A program made the position numbers and the translations under genes. The notes below the pieces were generated by a model. It saw nothing but the letters and a program-made list of their open reading frames with translations. It did no database searches and had not been told where the DNA came from. Of a stretch of DNA of 64,000 bases, positions 35,861 through 45,885 are shown piece after piece. This DNA is from a virus, in the IMG/VR virus record IMGVR_UViG_3300045988_112318, positions 40,829-104,828 of that record, one strand, 5' to 3'. Numbering within the stretch: the stretch's first letter is position 1; each line of letters starts with the position of its first letter.

Positions 35861-35882
35861 AAAGCAATGAGAGGAGCTAAGG

Positions 35883-36896
35883 ATGCTTGATTTTAGAAAA
35901 TACGAAAACGTACCTCGGTTTCAACTTGACCGCAGGCCTGGCAGGAGCCGACTGAAGCTAACCTGCCCGGCTTGCGGGAAAAGCCGGTGCCTTACCCCTT
36001 ATATTGATGTGGCGACCGGTCAGGTCGTTGGCAATGAGTTTGGAAGATGCGATCATGAACGAACTTGCGGTTATGATAAACGACCTACCGGCAAGGATGT
36101 AGGTGACAAAGATCTTTGGATTTCGGGAAATAAGTGCATAAGAGCTTATCGTCCTCCTGTAAATCCTGACGTTGTAAATTACATACCTTTTAGCGAGTTT
36201 GAGAGGACTGTAGTTCCAGACGATAGAAACACCGTATTTAGATTTTTATCGTCTCTATGGGGAAAAGAAAGGGTATCTGACGTATTTAGAAGGTATCATG
36301 TTGGAACAATGGACTTATGGGGATGGAAAGGGTGTTGTATATTCTGGCAGATAGATAAGGACTTTGTATGCAGAACCGGCAAGATTATGGATTTTTATAT
36401 AAAGACCGACAGCCAGGGGAATGAGATTGATGTAAAAAGAGTGAAGGAAAAAGACGGTGACAATGAGCGACCTCATGTCATGTTTTATCACTCGTTGCAT
36501 GCAAGAGACTTCTTGTTTAGACAATGCCTGTTTGGAGAACATCTTCTAAGCCAGTATCCAGATAAGGTAGTTAATTTGGTGGAGTCAGAAAAGACGGCTA
36601 TTATATGCGCCGTGAATAAACCAGATGAGTTGTTTGTAGCTACCGGTGGGTTGCAGAACTTAAGACCGGAAGTGATAGATGTTTTAAAAGATAGAAAGAC
36701 TGTAGCTTTTCCGGACAAAGGACAAGCATTTGACACATGGAGTAAAAAGATAGATGGGATGATGATGAAGTCAAGGATAAAAGTATCGGACTATCTTCAG
36801 AGTGTTGAGAATGTAGGGGACGGAGATGATGTGGCAGATTTGATAATTAATAACAAAGTAAAAGAGAAATATTATGAGCCTGGACGTTTATATTAA
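35883..36896 (+). CDS. putative DNA primase (zinc-ribbon plus TOPRIM-like)
   Basis: CPACGKSRC...CDHERTCGYD zinc-binding N-terminus like primase-helicase zinc ribbons; LVESEKTAIICA...VAFPDKGQA TOPRIM-like; lies upstream of the DnaB-like helicase. Confidence 0.45.
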   Translation: MLDFRKYENVPRFQLDRRPGRSRLKLTCPACGKSRCLTPYIDVATGQVVGNEFGRCDHERTCGYDKRPTGKDVGDKDLWISGNKCIRAYRPPVNPDVVNYIPFSEFERTVVPDDRNTVFRFLSSLWGKERVSDVFRRYHVGTMDLWGWKGCCIFWQIDKDFVCRTGKIMDFYIKTDSQGNEIDVKRVKEKDGDNERPHVMFYHSLHARDFLFRQCLFGEHLLSQYPDKVVNLVESEKTAIICAVNKPDELFVATGGLQNLRPEVIDVLKDRKTVAFPDKGQAFDTWSKKIDGMMMKSRIKVSDYLQSVENVGDGDDVADLIINNKVKEKYYEPGRLY

Positions 36897-37227
36897 GAGC
36901 AAGAAGAAAGAAGAGGATCGTAAATGGGTTGCAAACATCACCCACAACATGAACAAGATGGCACAAAAAATATTCGTATCAGAAAACAAAGAAACACTAT
37001 ACGATTATGTTTGGAGACCGGAAGAATTGGGCAGGGAAATAGATACTAAGGAGATGGTGAAGATACTCACAAAAGGTATATATATTATGATCTCCAAGAG
37101 AAAGAGTCTTTTGAGATACGAACCAGAAAACGGATGGGGGTCTTATGATTCATTTCTTAAGTTTCTTATCAAATACAAAGAGGCGTGTGAAGATCATCCG
37201 GGTTATATAATTGAAGCAAGCAGATAA
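36874..37227 (+). CDS. hypothetical protein
   Basis: 117-aa ORF. Confidence 0.45.
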   Translation: MSLDVYIKSKKKEEDRKWVANITHNMNKMAQKIFVSENKETLYDYVWRPEELGREIDTKEMVKILTKGIYIMISKRKSLLRYEPENGWGSYDSFLKFLIKYKEACEDHPGYIIEASR

Positions 37228-37486
37228 TATGGAAAATTATAAAAATACTTTAAATGAGGTAGTGGTGATCGAATCGTCACCAGAAACGTATTTTGTTTAC
37301 GCTATTCGTAATGCTATTCGTATCTCTAAATGTGCGTATCCGACAGCCAAGAAAGTAATTTTCAAAAGAGAGGACGTAGAGGTAGAGATCTCAGAAATGG
37401 AAACTGAAAGCAGTTTGTATGAAAAGTTTAAAGAAAAACAAAAGAATAGGGTATGGAACTTAATGAGCGCCAACAACGGGTTTTAA
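37211..37486 (+). CDS. hypothetical protein
   Basis: 91-aa ORF. Confidence 0.4.
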   Translation: MKQADNMENYKNTLNEVVVIESSPETYFVYAIRNAIRISKCAYPTAKKVIFKREDVEVEISEMETESSLYEKFKEKQKNRVWNLMSANNGF

Positions 37487-38019
37487 GAGGCGAAATTTGT
37501 CCTTATTGCGGAAGAGAAACTGAGCTGGTAAATGCCGATAAAATATATAGCAGAAAAGGCTTAGGGATGGTTATGATGTGCAAACCATGCAACGCTTATG
37601 TCGGTGTTCATGAATCAGGGCCGAATAAGGGAAAAGCTAAAGGCCGGCTTGCGGGGCCATCACTGAGGTCTCTTAAGATAAGAGTCCATGCCGAACTTGA
37701 CAGATTATGGTCTACGCCGGAGGAACGGGAAAGGATGTATAAAGATTTATCTGAATTTCTATCTATACCGGAAGAGTACACACATATAGGTATGTTTGGC
37801 GAGAAGACGATGGGAAAAGTCTTTCAGTTCTGTCATGTAAACAAAGAACGATCAGGTTCGAGAATAGAATGGCATAAGCCTGGAGATAAGTGCCCTAATA
37901 AGAACAATCAAATAGTGTCAGGAAGTAGCGCATGTAGAGGATGTCCTGAGTATCTCCATGATGAGAAAGATGGGTATGTCTGGTGTGATCCTGATATGAG
38001 CTACGGCAGGTTGAAATAG
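37453..38019 (+). CDS. zinc-ribbon protein
   Basis: CPYCGRE...CKPCNAYVG and C-terminal CRGCPEY...WCD. Confidence 0.45.
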   Translation: MELNERQQRVLRGEICPYCGRETELVNADKIYSRKGLGMVMMCKPCNAYVGVHESGPNKGKAKGRLAGPSLRSLKIRVHAELDRLWSTPEERERMYKDLSEFLSIPEEYTHIGMFGEKTMGKVFQFCHVNKERSGSRIEWHKPGDKCPNKNNQIVSGSSACRGCPEYLHDEKDGYVWCDPDMSYGRLK

Positions 38020-38032
38020 GGCGCGAATTGCC

Positions 38033-38040
38033 TATCTTTG
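38033..38040 (+). promoter_or_regulatory. Bacteroidota -7 element (TAtcTTTG)
   Basis: Exact TAnnTTTG 32 nt upstream of the ATG at 38072. Confidence 0.45.
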
Positions 38041-38071
38041 TGCTATTATTAATCAAAAAAAATATAAGCAC

Positions 38072-38350
38072 ATGGGCAGATCAACAGAGTACTACAGGAC
38101 TCATCCAGAAGCCAGGAAGAAAAAGGCTAAAAAGGACAAGGAGATAAATGCCAGACCGGAACAGAAAGCCAAACGCCGGGAGCTTGGTCGTAAAAACTAC
38201 GAAACGGACAAGAAGAAGGGCAAGGGCTGGAGGAAAGGCAAGGATTGTTCTCATACCAAGAACGGTCTTAGGTATAAATCAGTAAAAGCTAATAGGGGAT
38301 CCAAGTCGGATACGAAAGGTGACAAAAATGCAAGAGGAGATAGCAAATAG
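38072..38350 (+). CDS. highly basic K/R-rich small protein
   Basis: 92 aa, more than 35% K+R. Confidence 0.45.
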   Translation: MGRSTEYYRTHPEARKKKAKKDKEINARPEQKAKRRELGRKNYETDKKKGKGWRKGKDCSHTKNGLRYKSVKANRGSKSDTKGDKNARGDSK

Positions 38351-39452
38351 GATAGATATAAGAAGGATATTCAAGACCTCTAAACAAGTTATGGAAGAGG
38401 CGTATGAGAATATCTTGAAATACAGGCGGGGAGAGCTTATCCCCGCTAAAACCGGATACGATTATATTGATGAGGCTTTGCTTGGAGGTATTTTCCCTCA
38501 GCATGCTATTGCCATAGGAGCCCGGCCATCTGTAGGTAAATCGTATGTGGCCCAAAAGATATTGGAAAATGTGATGAATCCGATGATCAACCCGCAAGCA
38601 GAAGATTATTTTCTTGTTAATTGCGAGTTCGAAATGAATCCTCAAGATCTTCTTCTTCGCAGAATGAGCCAGGATATGAAAAAGCGGGCTCCTGAAATAT
38701 TAAGAAGGCAAGATTCTAATACAGTAGAAGAGATGAGGATGTTTGAAATCCTTCAAGGTGAAATCAGAAATAATATAATATACATCGATGCTCCGTGTAC
38801 GGTAAAAGAGTTTGAGGCGGCTGTGTATCATATAGCTACCAAACATAAAGACAAACGTCTTATAATATTTAAAGTCGATCATATTGCTTTGATAAAAAGA
38901 ATGGGATTAGATCCTAAGTCGGCTATAGATGATTTGGTGGCGGTTATGAACGAAGCTAAATTAGTATATAAAAACATATTTTTCCTCATCATATCCCAAT
39001 TCAACAGAGAAATAGAAGGAAGGATAAAAAGCCCACAAGAGCAGCCTCCGCGTCTTTCTGATTTTTACCAGTCTGATACGCTGGGTCAGTTATGTACGTT
39101 AATGATAGGCTTGCACAATCCTCGTAGGTACGGGCTGGATAAGTATATGATATTTGGGAAAGATTGGTATCAGACTCTTGATAGGTTTAAAACTGAAAAC
39201 AAAACATCATTCAGGACAGCCGGACTGGTGTTTCATCATATACTGAAGGTAAGGCAAGTTAGTATGGAAGAGCTTACTAATACAATCCACCCAGAGATAC
39301 TGCCGGGACATGGATGGATGTACGGGGAGGGCGGGACGAAGTTCGTGAACCCCAACCAGCCGCCGACGCCGCCCAAGCTCTATACTGTGGAAGACGTTAC
39401 GAACAATCAAGATCAAGAACAAGAGACAAAGGAAGAACAGTCATTGTATTAA
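38319..39452 (+). CDS. DnaB-like replicative helicase (RecA-fold C-terminal domain only)
   Basis: IAIGARPSVGKSYVAQ Walker A in DnaB H1 context and downstream DnaB-like motifs; lacks the N-terminal domain. Confidence 0.6.
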   Translation: MTKMQEEIANRIDIRRIFKTSKQVMEEAYENILKYRRGELIPAKTGYDYIDEALLGGIFPQHAIAIGARPSVGKSYVAQKILENVMNPMINPQAEDYFLVNCEFEMNPQDLLLRRMSQDMKKRAPEILRRQDSNTVEEMRMFEILQGEIRNNIIYIDAPCTVKEFEAAVYHIATKHKDKRLIIFKVDHIALIKRMGLDPKSAIDDLVAVMNEAKLVYKNIFFLIISQFNREIEGRIKSPQEQPPRLSDFYQSDTLGQLCTLMIGLHNPRRYGLDKYMIFGKDWYQTLDRFKTENKTSFRTAGLVFHHILKVRQVSMEELTNTIHPEILPGHGWMYGEGGTKFVNPNQPPTPPKLYTVEDVTNNQDQEQETKEEQSLY

Positions 39453-39467
39453 AAAAAAATAAGAACC

Positions 39468-40070
39468 ATGAGACTAACAGTAGAAGAAAACGAATACCTG
39501 ATAAGTAAGTTCCTTTTGGTTCTTACTGAGTTTGCAGGGGATGAAAGAGAGATGTTTTTAATCAACTCCATACATGATAAGGCGGTGGCGGATATGAATT
39601 ATCGTCTTCCGTCTTTAATAAGCAGAGAACGTAAAAGACGAGTTATTGAACTCCTTAAAGAAGGAACCAGAATAATCAAGGACTTTTCCGGCTATGCAGG
39701 TGATATGGGTATGATTAACGAATACGATCGCCTAAAGAAAGAAATAGGAACCGTCCAAGATCAGCTTGGCGACGTAGAAGGTCAACTTCGGGCAGCAGGA
39801 GAAGTTATAAAAAAAGAACTTGATATGATTGCTGACCGAATCAAAGAAGATCTTCTTGACCGAGAGCTGGCTAAGAGTAATGCCGAGGCCGAAAGAAAAG
39901 CCAAAGTAGATCCGAGATATGAAGTAGCTTTAGGTGATTACAAGGAGATGCTGGAAGTGATTTTTACAACCAGAAACAAGTATTCTACGGTAGATTCTGT
40001 ACATGACGATCTTCGACAGTCGGTATCTACCGGTAGAAATTCGATTATCAAAGAAGGGTACAACAGTTAA
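39468..40070 (+). CDS. hypothetical protein
   Basis: 200-aa ORF. Confidence 0.5.
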   Translation: MRLTVEENEYLISKFLLVLTEFAGDEREMFLINSIHDKAVADMNYRLPSLISRERKRRVIELLKEGTRIIKDFSGYAGDMGMINEYDRLKKEIGTVQDQLGDVEGQLRAAGEVIKKELDMIADRIKEDLLDRELAKSNAEAERKAKVDPRYEVALGDYKEMLEVIFTTRNKYSTVDSVHDDLRQSVSTGRNSIIKEGYNS

Positions 40071-40085
40071 AAACAAGGAGGAAAT

Positions 40086-40295
40086 ATGGAAAAGAAGGAA
40101 TTTAAAGTAGGAGAAGTGTTTGATGCCGGACTTGTGAGATTAAAATGTGTGGATGCTCCAGAGCCAGACTTAGGATGTGAAGGATGTATATTTAATGACC
40201 ACATTACATGCGGGTCGGTAGATGTAGTCGCAGGCCCGTGTAATCACGTAGAGAGGGAGGATGGTAAGGATGTTATTTTTATTAAAGCTGATTAG
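40086..40295 (+). CDS. hypothetical protein
   Basis: 69-aa Cys-containing ORF preceded by aaggagga. Confidence 0.4.
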   Translation: MEKKEFKVGEVFDAGLVRLKCVDAPEPDLGCEGCIFNDHITCGSVDVVAGPCNHVEREDGKDVIFIKAD

Positions 40296-40297
40296 GC

Positions 40298-41011
40298 ATG
40301 TACATCAATTTCAGACAACTTGCAGCATCAGACATGACTCCTAATGATCTGGCTAATCTTCTTGCTATAAGACAGAAGGATACGGTTATGATCGAAGCCA
40401 TGCTGGAAAAAGATGCTGGGAGGTATATAGAGCTTGGCCTGGTTGAGAAATTAAAATCAGGCGTGATGAGATTGACCAACAAAGGAACGTCTTTTGTGAA
40501 TTATATAGAGACACCGGAGATGACAGACGAGGTTCTGGAAACGTTGAAGATTATGATAGGAATGTACGAATCGTATTCAAAAGACATAGGTGTCAGCAGA
40601 AAAGAAGCGGAATCCAGGTTGTGTTGGTTTATGGGTAACACCTCATTCAAGAAAGAGGTCATACTTCAGGTAACGGAATCTTATATAGCAGAGTCAGGAG
40701 ATTATACAATGAGCTTATGTAACTTCATATGGAAACCGCCTTCTCAGGCCTTTTCGGTCCATATGAACCTTAAAAATTCAAAGCTCTTTGACTTAATAGC
40801 TGAAAAATTTAAGATCGCTACCGAGCCTTATTTGGAGTCTAAGAAGAATAAGGAAATGGATTGGTTGTTTGCCGTATCTAAATTGCCTACGCCGCCGGCT
40901 AAAGGCAATCCGGATTATTTGTTTACCGGAAGTTCTGAAACAGACAAAGAGCGATTGAAAAACATAAAAACGTATTTATTTAACAAAATTAGAAAGCAAT
41001 GGAAAAAGTAA
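40298..41011 (+). CDS. hypothetical protein
   Basis: 237-aa ORF immediately upstream of the ACP gene. Confidence 0.5.
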   Translation: MYINFRQLAASDMTPNDLANLLAIRQKDTVMIEAMLEKDAGRYIELGLVEKLKSGVMRLTNKGTSFVNYIETPEMTDEVLETLKIMIGMYESYSKDIGVSRKEAESRLCWFMGNTSFKKEVILQVTESYIAESGDYTMSLCNFIWKPPSQAFSVHMNLKNSKLFDLIAEKFKIATEPYLESKKNKEMDWLFAVSKLPTPPAKGNPDYLFTGSSETDKERLKNIKTYLFNKIRKQWKK

Positions 41012-41250
41012 GAATCAGAAAGATAATAGAGGATATAATTATTACTCAGTTTCTTAATTCGGAAATAGATATAGTTCATGAAGAAGATGTGACGTTTAAA
41101 GAACTTGGATTAGATTCTATCGATCAAATTGAACTGGAAATGATGGTGGAACAAAAATTCAATATTGTTATTAATGATTATGATATGGAGACCATCAAAG
41201 ATATGACTGATCTTGTTTACAAAATAATAACAGAAGGATATGGGAAGTGA
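40999..41250 (+). CDS. acpP: acyl carrier protein
   Basis: LGLDSIDQIELEMMVEQKFNIVI matches the ACP phosphopantetheine-attachment motif (DSL/DSI) and helix II; 83 aa, acidic. Confidence 0.7.
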   Translation: MEKVRIRKIIEDIIITQFLNSEIDIVHEEDVTFKELGLDSIDQIELEMMVEQKFNIVINDYDMETIKDMTDLVYKIITEGYGK

Positions 41251-41734
41251 CATAATTTTATGCATGGCTTTAATAGCGTCATTTGCTTTTGTTATACAGT
41301 TTTTGTTGTCGATATTAGGATCTGATCTGGATACGGATATTGATATTGATGATGCTTCTGATTTAAGTATGTCTTTGTCGGACATCATATCATTCAAGGG
41401 CATAACACATTTTATTCTTGGATATAGCTGGACTACCTACTTTTCGGGTTCCCATTTAGTAGGGGTTGTGATAGGGTCGTTTTTCTTTATCGTTTTGTTT
41501 TACGTATATAAGTTACTTCTTAAGTTAAAGCAAGAAATGGTGTACGAATGTCCGGAAGATTTAAATGGCAGAGAGGTGGAGATAGTGTTTAGATCAGGGA
41601 AGAATCATTATATGGTAAATATTTCGAAAAATGGAAGACAGGAGCAAATGAGAGTAAGATGCTTGTCTGGAAAAACTTACAAAAACGGTGACAAGGTGAA
41701 TATAAAATACGAAGAAGGAGAATTAATTATCTAA
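41240..41734 (+). CDS. NfeD-like membrane protein (short form)
   Basis: N-terminal TM helices plus C-terminal OB-fold segment GREVEIVFRSGKNHYMVNISKNGRQEQMRVRCLSGKTYKNGDKVNI; positioned directly upstream of an SPFH gene as NfeD genes typically are. Confidence 0.55.
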   Translation: MGSDIILCMALIASFAFVIQFLLSILGSDLDTDIDIDDASDLSMSLSDIISFKGITHFILGYSWTTYFSGSHLVGVVIGSFFFIVLFYVYKLLLKLKQEMVYECPEDLNGREVEIVFRSGKNHYMVNISKNGRQEQMRVRCLSGKTYKNGDKVNIKYEEGELII

Positions 41735-41766
41735 TTTTTTTTATCAACAATTAAATTTTAAAAGTT

Positions 41767-43473
41767 ATGACAACAATTATGTACGTGTCAGCCATCTTAG
41801 CTGTAGTGATTATTTTGACAATCATCGGAGTCTTATCAAGGTATCGTAGATGTAAGCCTAATCAGGTCTTGGTCGTTTATGGTAAGACAGGTGGAGAGAA
41901 GAAATCGGCGAAATTATATCATGGTGGAGCAGCATTCGTGTTGCCTATTATCCAAAGCTATGATATTTTATCTATGGAGCCTATGCAAATAGATTGTAGG
42001 CTTACCGGTGCTTTGTCATCTCAGAATATTAGAGTAGATGTGCCTACAACTATTACAGTAGCTATCAGTACAAATCCTGAAATCATGCAAAATGCAGCAG
42101 AAAGACTTTTGGGGATGGATACCGAATCTACTGAAAATCTTATTACAGACATCGTTTACGGTCAGATGCGTTTGATTATTGCCGAAATGACAATCGAAAA
42201 ACTTAATTCTGATAGGGATGAGTTTTTGGATAAGGCAAGAAAAAACATTGATAACGAACTTAATAAATTGGGTCTTTATCTTTTGAACATTAACATCAGT
42301 GACATCAGAGATGAAGCCGGCTACATCATGAATCTTGGTAAAGAGGCTGAAAGCAAGGCTCTGAACGAAGCACAGGCTAATATCGAAGAACAGGAAAAGC
42401 TGGGTGCTATTAAGATTGCTGTACAACAGAAGGAAAAAGAAACGGCTGTAGCTAATACCCAAAAAGAACAAGAGATTCAAATTGCCTATACTGAAAAAGA
42501 AAAAGAAACGGTAGTAGCTGAAACAAAGAAAGAAAAAGAAGTAGCTTTGGCTTTAACCGATAAAGAAAAACAGATCGGTGTAGCTCAAGCCGATAGAGAT
42601 AGGGCTGCGGCTATAGCAAAGACTTTGGCTGACAAGGAATCAGCGATTGCAAGATCTAAGGCGGAACTTGAAGTAAACAAAGCTGAAGCCGAAAGAATGG
42701 AAGAAGTTGGAAAGAATAAAGCTGAAGCTGACAAACAAGCAGCTATAGCAATACAAGACTCTGAAGCTCAGATTAAGAAAGCTGAGGCTGAGAAAAATGC
42801 TTCTGTAGGCTACAACAATGCCCAGAAAGAGGTTGCTGTATCAGAATCAGAATTGCAGGTTATCAAAGCTCAATCAGAAAAGAAAGCCGGAGAAGAGAAA
42901 GTTAAATCGGAAGCGGCTGTGAAAACGGCAAAAGAGCTTGCTGATAAAGAAGTGGAAGAAGCTAAAGCTAAGAAGGTTCAAGCTGCGCTTAAAGCTGAAA
43001 AGATTGTGCCGGCTGAAATTCAGAAGCAGGAGGCTATGTTGCAAGCTGATGCCGAGGCCGAGAAGATCAAACGCCGGGCCGATGCTGAAGCAGCAGCACA
43101 TTTGGCAAAAGCAGAGGCGGAAGCAAAAGCAAAAGCTATTCAGATGAAGCTGGAAGCGGAAGCCGAAGGTAAGAAAAAGTCGTTGATGGCAGAAGCCGAC
43201 GGATTTAAGGCTATGGTGGAAGCAGCAGAATCCAATCCTCAGATCGCCATCCAGTACAAGATGGTTAATCAGTGGAAAGAAATTGCTGGAGAACAGGTTA
43301 AGGCGTTCGAGCACATCAATCTCGGAAATATCACGGTATTTGACGGCGGTCAGAACAGCACCGGTAATTTCCTTAACAATGTTGTTAAGGCCGTTGCTCC
43401 GGCATTGGGAGTCATTGATCAGCTTCCGATTGCAGATACTTTAAAGAAGTTAAAAGGAGATGACAAAAAATAA
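41767..43473 (+). CDS. flotillin-like SPFH/band-7 protein (YqiK-like)
   Basis: N-terminal TM helix, SPFH domain (KPNQVLVVYGK...YHGGAAFVLPIIQ), long Ala/Glu/Lys coiled-coil flotillin repeats, 568 aa. Confidence 0.7.
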   Translation: MTTIMYVSAILAVVIILTIIGVLSRYRRCKPNQVLVVYGKTGGEKKSAKLYHGGAAFVLPIIQSYDILSMEPMQIDCRLTGALSSQNIRVDVPTTITVAISTNPEIMQNAAERLLGMDTESTENLITDIVYGQMRLIIAEMTIEKLNSDRDEFLDKARKNIDNELNKLGLYLLNINISDIRDEAGYIMNLGKEAESKALNEAQANIEEQEKLGAIKIAVQQKEKETAVANTQKEQEIQIAYTEKEKETVVAETKKEKEVALALTDKEKQIGVAQADRDRAAAIAKTLADKESAIARSKAELEVNKAEAERMEEVGKNKAEADKQAAIAIQDSEAQIKKAEAEKNASVGYNNAQKEVAVSESELQVIKAQSEKKAGEEKVKSEAAVKTAKELADKEVEEAKAKKVQAALKAEKIVPAEIQKQEAMLQADAEAEKIKRRADAEAAAHLAKAEAEAKAKAIQMKLEAEAEGKKKSLMAEADGFKAMVEAAESNPQIAIQYKMVNQWKEIAGEQVKAFEHINLGNITVFDGGQNSTGNFLNNVVKAVAPALGVIDQLPIADTLKKLKGDDKK

Positions 43474-43626
43474 ATACAATGGCCCAAGGTTACACTTGGG
43501 CCTAATTGAAGAAGCAAAAGCAGCATTTATAGATTTCCTACCGGCAGGGACAGTGCTTTACTAATTACAATATTTTTAACATGGATTTTGGACAAGATTT
43601 AGAACCAGAAGAACTGACCAAGCATT

Positions 43627-43986
43627 ATGATCAGTGTTATGGAATTGATTTTGAAACAGAAGAAGAGGAGGATGAAGAGTATGACTGATGAGGAATTTGC
43701 ATTAGATAATAAGAAAAAGGTTGTTGTAAGAAAAAGAATATCCTATTTAAACAAAGGGGATAAAGTGTGGATCGTGTCTTCCGACGGGTATCTGCTGCAC
43801 ACGGACGTAGTTAGAGCCGACCGAGGCCGATCTTATGTGGATATAGACGGGATACTGTATTGGAAACGAGGATTGGATGGCAAACATCGTAATCGTAATA
43901 ACTACATGCAATTCGCCATGACGCCGGAGGATGGCAAGAAATATGTTGTATATTACCCAGAAGGATTTAAAGACGATAGCTTATGA
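43627..43986 (+). CDS. hypothetical protein
   Basis: 119-aa ORF. Confidence 0.45.
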   Translation: MISVMELILKQKKRRMKSMTDEEFALDNKKKVVVRKRISYLNKGDKVWIVSSDGYLLHTDVVRADRGRSYVDIDGILYWKRGLDGKHRNRNNYMQFAMTPEDGKKYVVYYPEGFKDDSL

Positions 43987-45002
43987 TGGTCCCGGAAACG
44001 CATTTGCCATATAAGGAGTTTAATGGTGTGAAACGTCTTGCCATTTCTTATTCCCAGATAGATACGTTTCTTACTTGTCCAATGAAATGGTATAAGACTT
44101 ACGTAGAGGGCAAAAGGTCTACAGAAAAACAAGAAGCTACGTCTTATGGTACGGTTATTCATAAGACACTGGAATACTTCTTCAAGAACGGAAGGCAGCC
44201 TTCTGGCAAAGACCTTGGAGAAGCAATAAGTTACTATGCTTACCAAGAAGACATACCTTGGCAATCACCGGAAAATATGATGATAGCCATGAAACAATCT
44301 GGGGAGCTTCTTGCTTGGATTGTGGATCTGTTTAAAAAAGACGGCAATAGGTTTATGATAGCTGATAGTGATCTTAATCCTTGTGAGAAACTTATCAGAC
44401 ACGGCGCTATAGTTGGAGTCGAAGAAGATTTTGTGCTACCGTACCGCCTTCCTAAGCCAGTTGACATAAATGGGGTAATTCATACCCATGTGTACATAGT
44501 AGGATCAGTAGACCTTCATCTGGCTATAAAGAGCAAGAACGTAATTCACCATTATGTCATAGATTGGAAATCAGGGAATAAGGTTTTTGATTCTAAGAAG
44601 TTGGAAACGAATTTACAGCATCCTATATATTCGTTTTACATCTATAGAAAATATGGTGGGGTTCTACCAGATATGAACATCTATTTCTTTACCAGAACCA
44701 GGCAGTACCAAAAGGTTAAGGTGGATGAGGAACGTAAAACAAAATCTATAGAGATGCTAAATGACACTTTATCTAAAATGTATGATTTTGAAGATAATAG
44801 TGTAAAATCATTTCAAGCGTACATCCAGGGAGCAGAAGGAGCCAGGTATAGCAAGCGGCGTGCCACCCTAAGCCAGCCTGTTTCGCAAAACAAGCTACCC
44901 TGCCCGTCGGCACTGTGTTATTATTGTGACTTTGGATTACATAACAAAAACGAATGCCCTTTCTCTTCAGATTGGGATCCGTCTAAAAAGATAAATCGAT
45001 GA
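43983..45002 (+). CDS. Cas4/RecB-like PD-(D/E)xK exonuclease with Fe-S cluster cysteines
   Basis: N-terminal FLTCPMKWYKTYVEG (Cas4 CP..wy motif), VIDWKSGNKV (D-x-K), C-terminal CPSALCYYCDFGLHNKNEC (C-x4-C-x2-C-x9-C). Confidence 0.6.
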   Translation: MMVPETHLPYKEFNGVKRLAISYSQIDTFLTCPMKWYKTYVEGKRSTEKQEATSYGTVIHKTLEYFFKNGRQPSGKDLGEAISYYAYQEDIPWQSPENMMIAMKQSGELLAWIVDLFKKDGNRFMIADSDLNPCEKLIRHGAIVGVEEDFVLPYRLPKPVDINGVIHTHVYIVGSVDLHLAIKSKNVIHHYVIDWKSGNKVFDSKKLETNLQHPIYSFYIYRKYGGVLPDMNIYFFTRTRQYQKVKVDEERKTKSIEMLNDTLSKMYDFEDNSVKSFQAYIQGAEGARYSKRRATLSQPVSQNKLPCPSALCYYCDFGLHNKNECPFSSDWDPSKKINR

Positions 45003-45168
45003 AATACGAGGACGTTCAAAAGTTAAGAACAAAATACCGGCAAGATCCGGAAGTCATATATCTTGAAGAGATGAGGAACGTGGCGGTACGGTGCGGAAAT
45101 TTTAAAAAGGCGTTTGAGTTCCAGGAGAAACTTGAGGCTATTTGGTTTAACTACTTAAAGGAAGTGCA

Positions 45169-45492
45169 ATGAAAGAAGATCTAATATGTGGAGTAGCGAT
45201 CCTTTTGTTTTTAGTTTTATTATACTTGCTCACGACAATTTTCATAAAAACAGGTGAAGCAGTAGATCGTTATAAGATGAAGAAGAAAACTGACAAAATC
45301 AAAGTAAGTCAAAGATACGAACATAAGAACTACTTTGAGGATCCATTTGAAAGAGGCAAGCATGTGATTAAAATATTAGACATAAAAGAAGGGTACGCTC
45401 TATATGAGTACGAAGAAAAACTATATATACGTTCTTCTGAGAGTCTTGAAGATATTGTTAAAAAATATATTTTAATTACTGATATAAAATAA
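45169..45492 (+). CDS. small membrane-anchored protein
   Basis: N-terminal TM helix ICGVAILLFLVLLYLLTTIFI. Confidence 0.4.
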   Translation: MKEDLICGVAILLFLVLLYLLTTIFIKTGEAVDRYKMKKKTDKIKVSQRYEHKNYFEDPFERGKHVIKILDIKEGYALYEYEEKLYIRSSESLEDIVKKYILITDIK

Positions 45493-45498
45493 GGGGTT

Positions 45499-45885
45499 AT
45501 GGAAAAGAAAGTCACAATCAAAGAAGGGATGGATATTTTTTACAAAAATGCAGGGAAAGATATATGGGTCTATATTGGACTTTTTGGAAATAAAGTGCTA
45601 TCCATTTTAAAAAACAAAGGTGTTATTGCATGTGAAAACGATGCTGAATATTGCGTGTTGATGGATGGAGAAGATCATTTTATAAGTATAGCAAAAGACA
45701 TGAGTCACGACTATTGTTGTGAATACGTTGTAGAAAGAGCAGAAGCCTACAGAGACTACCCCTCCAAAGGTGCTACATGCAGTGTATGCCTGTTTGAAGA
45801 TAATGAGAATAAGGCAAGGGAGATGTTGAAAGAGGCGATAATAGAACTTTCAAAAAATAATATAATAGATTGCGATGGGCTTTGA
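45499..45885 (+). CDS. hypothetical protein
   Basis: 128-aa ORF. Confidence 0.45.
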   Translation: MEKKVTIKEGMDIFYKNAGKDIWVYIGLFGNKVLSILKNKGVIACENDAEYCVLMDGEDHFISIAKDMSHDYCCEYVVERAEAYRDYPSKGATCSVCLFEDNENKAREMLKEAIIELSKNNIIDCDGL

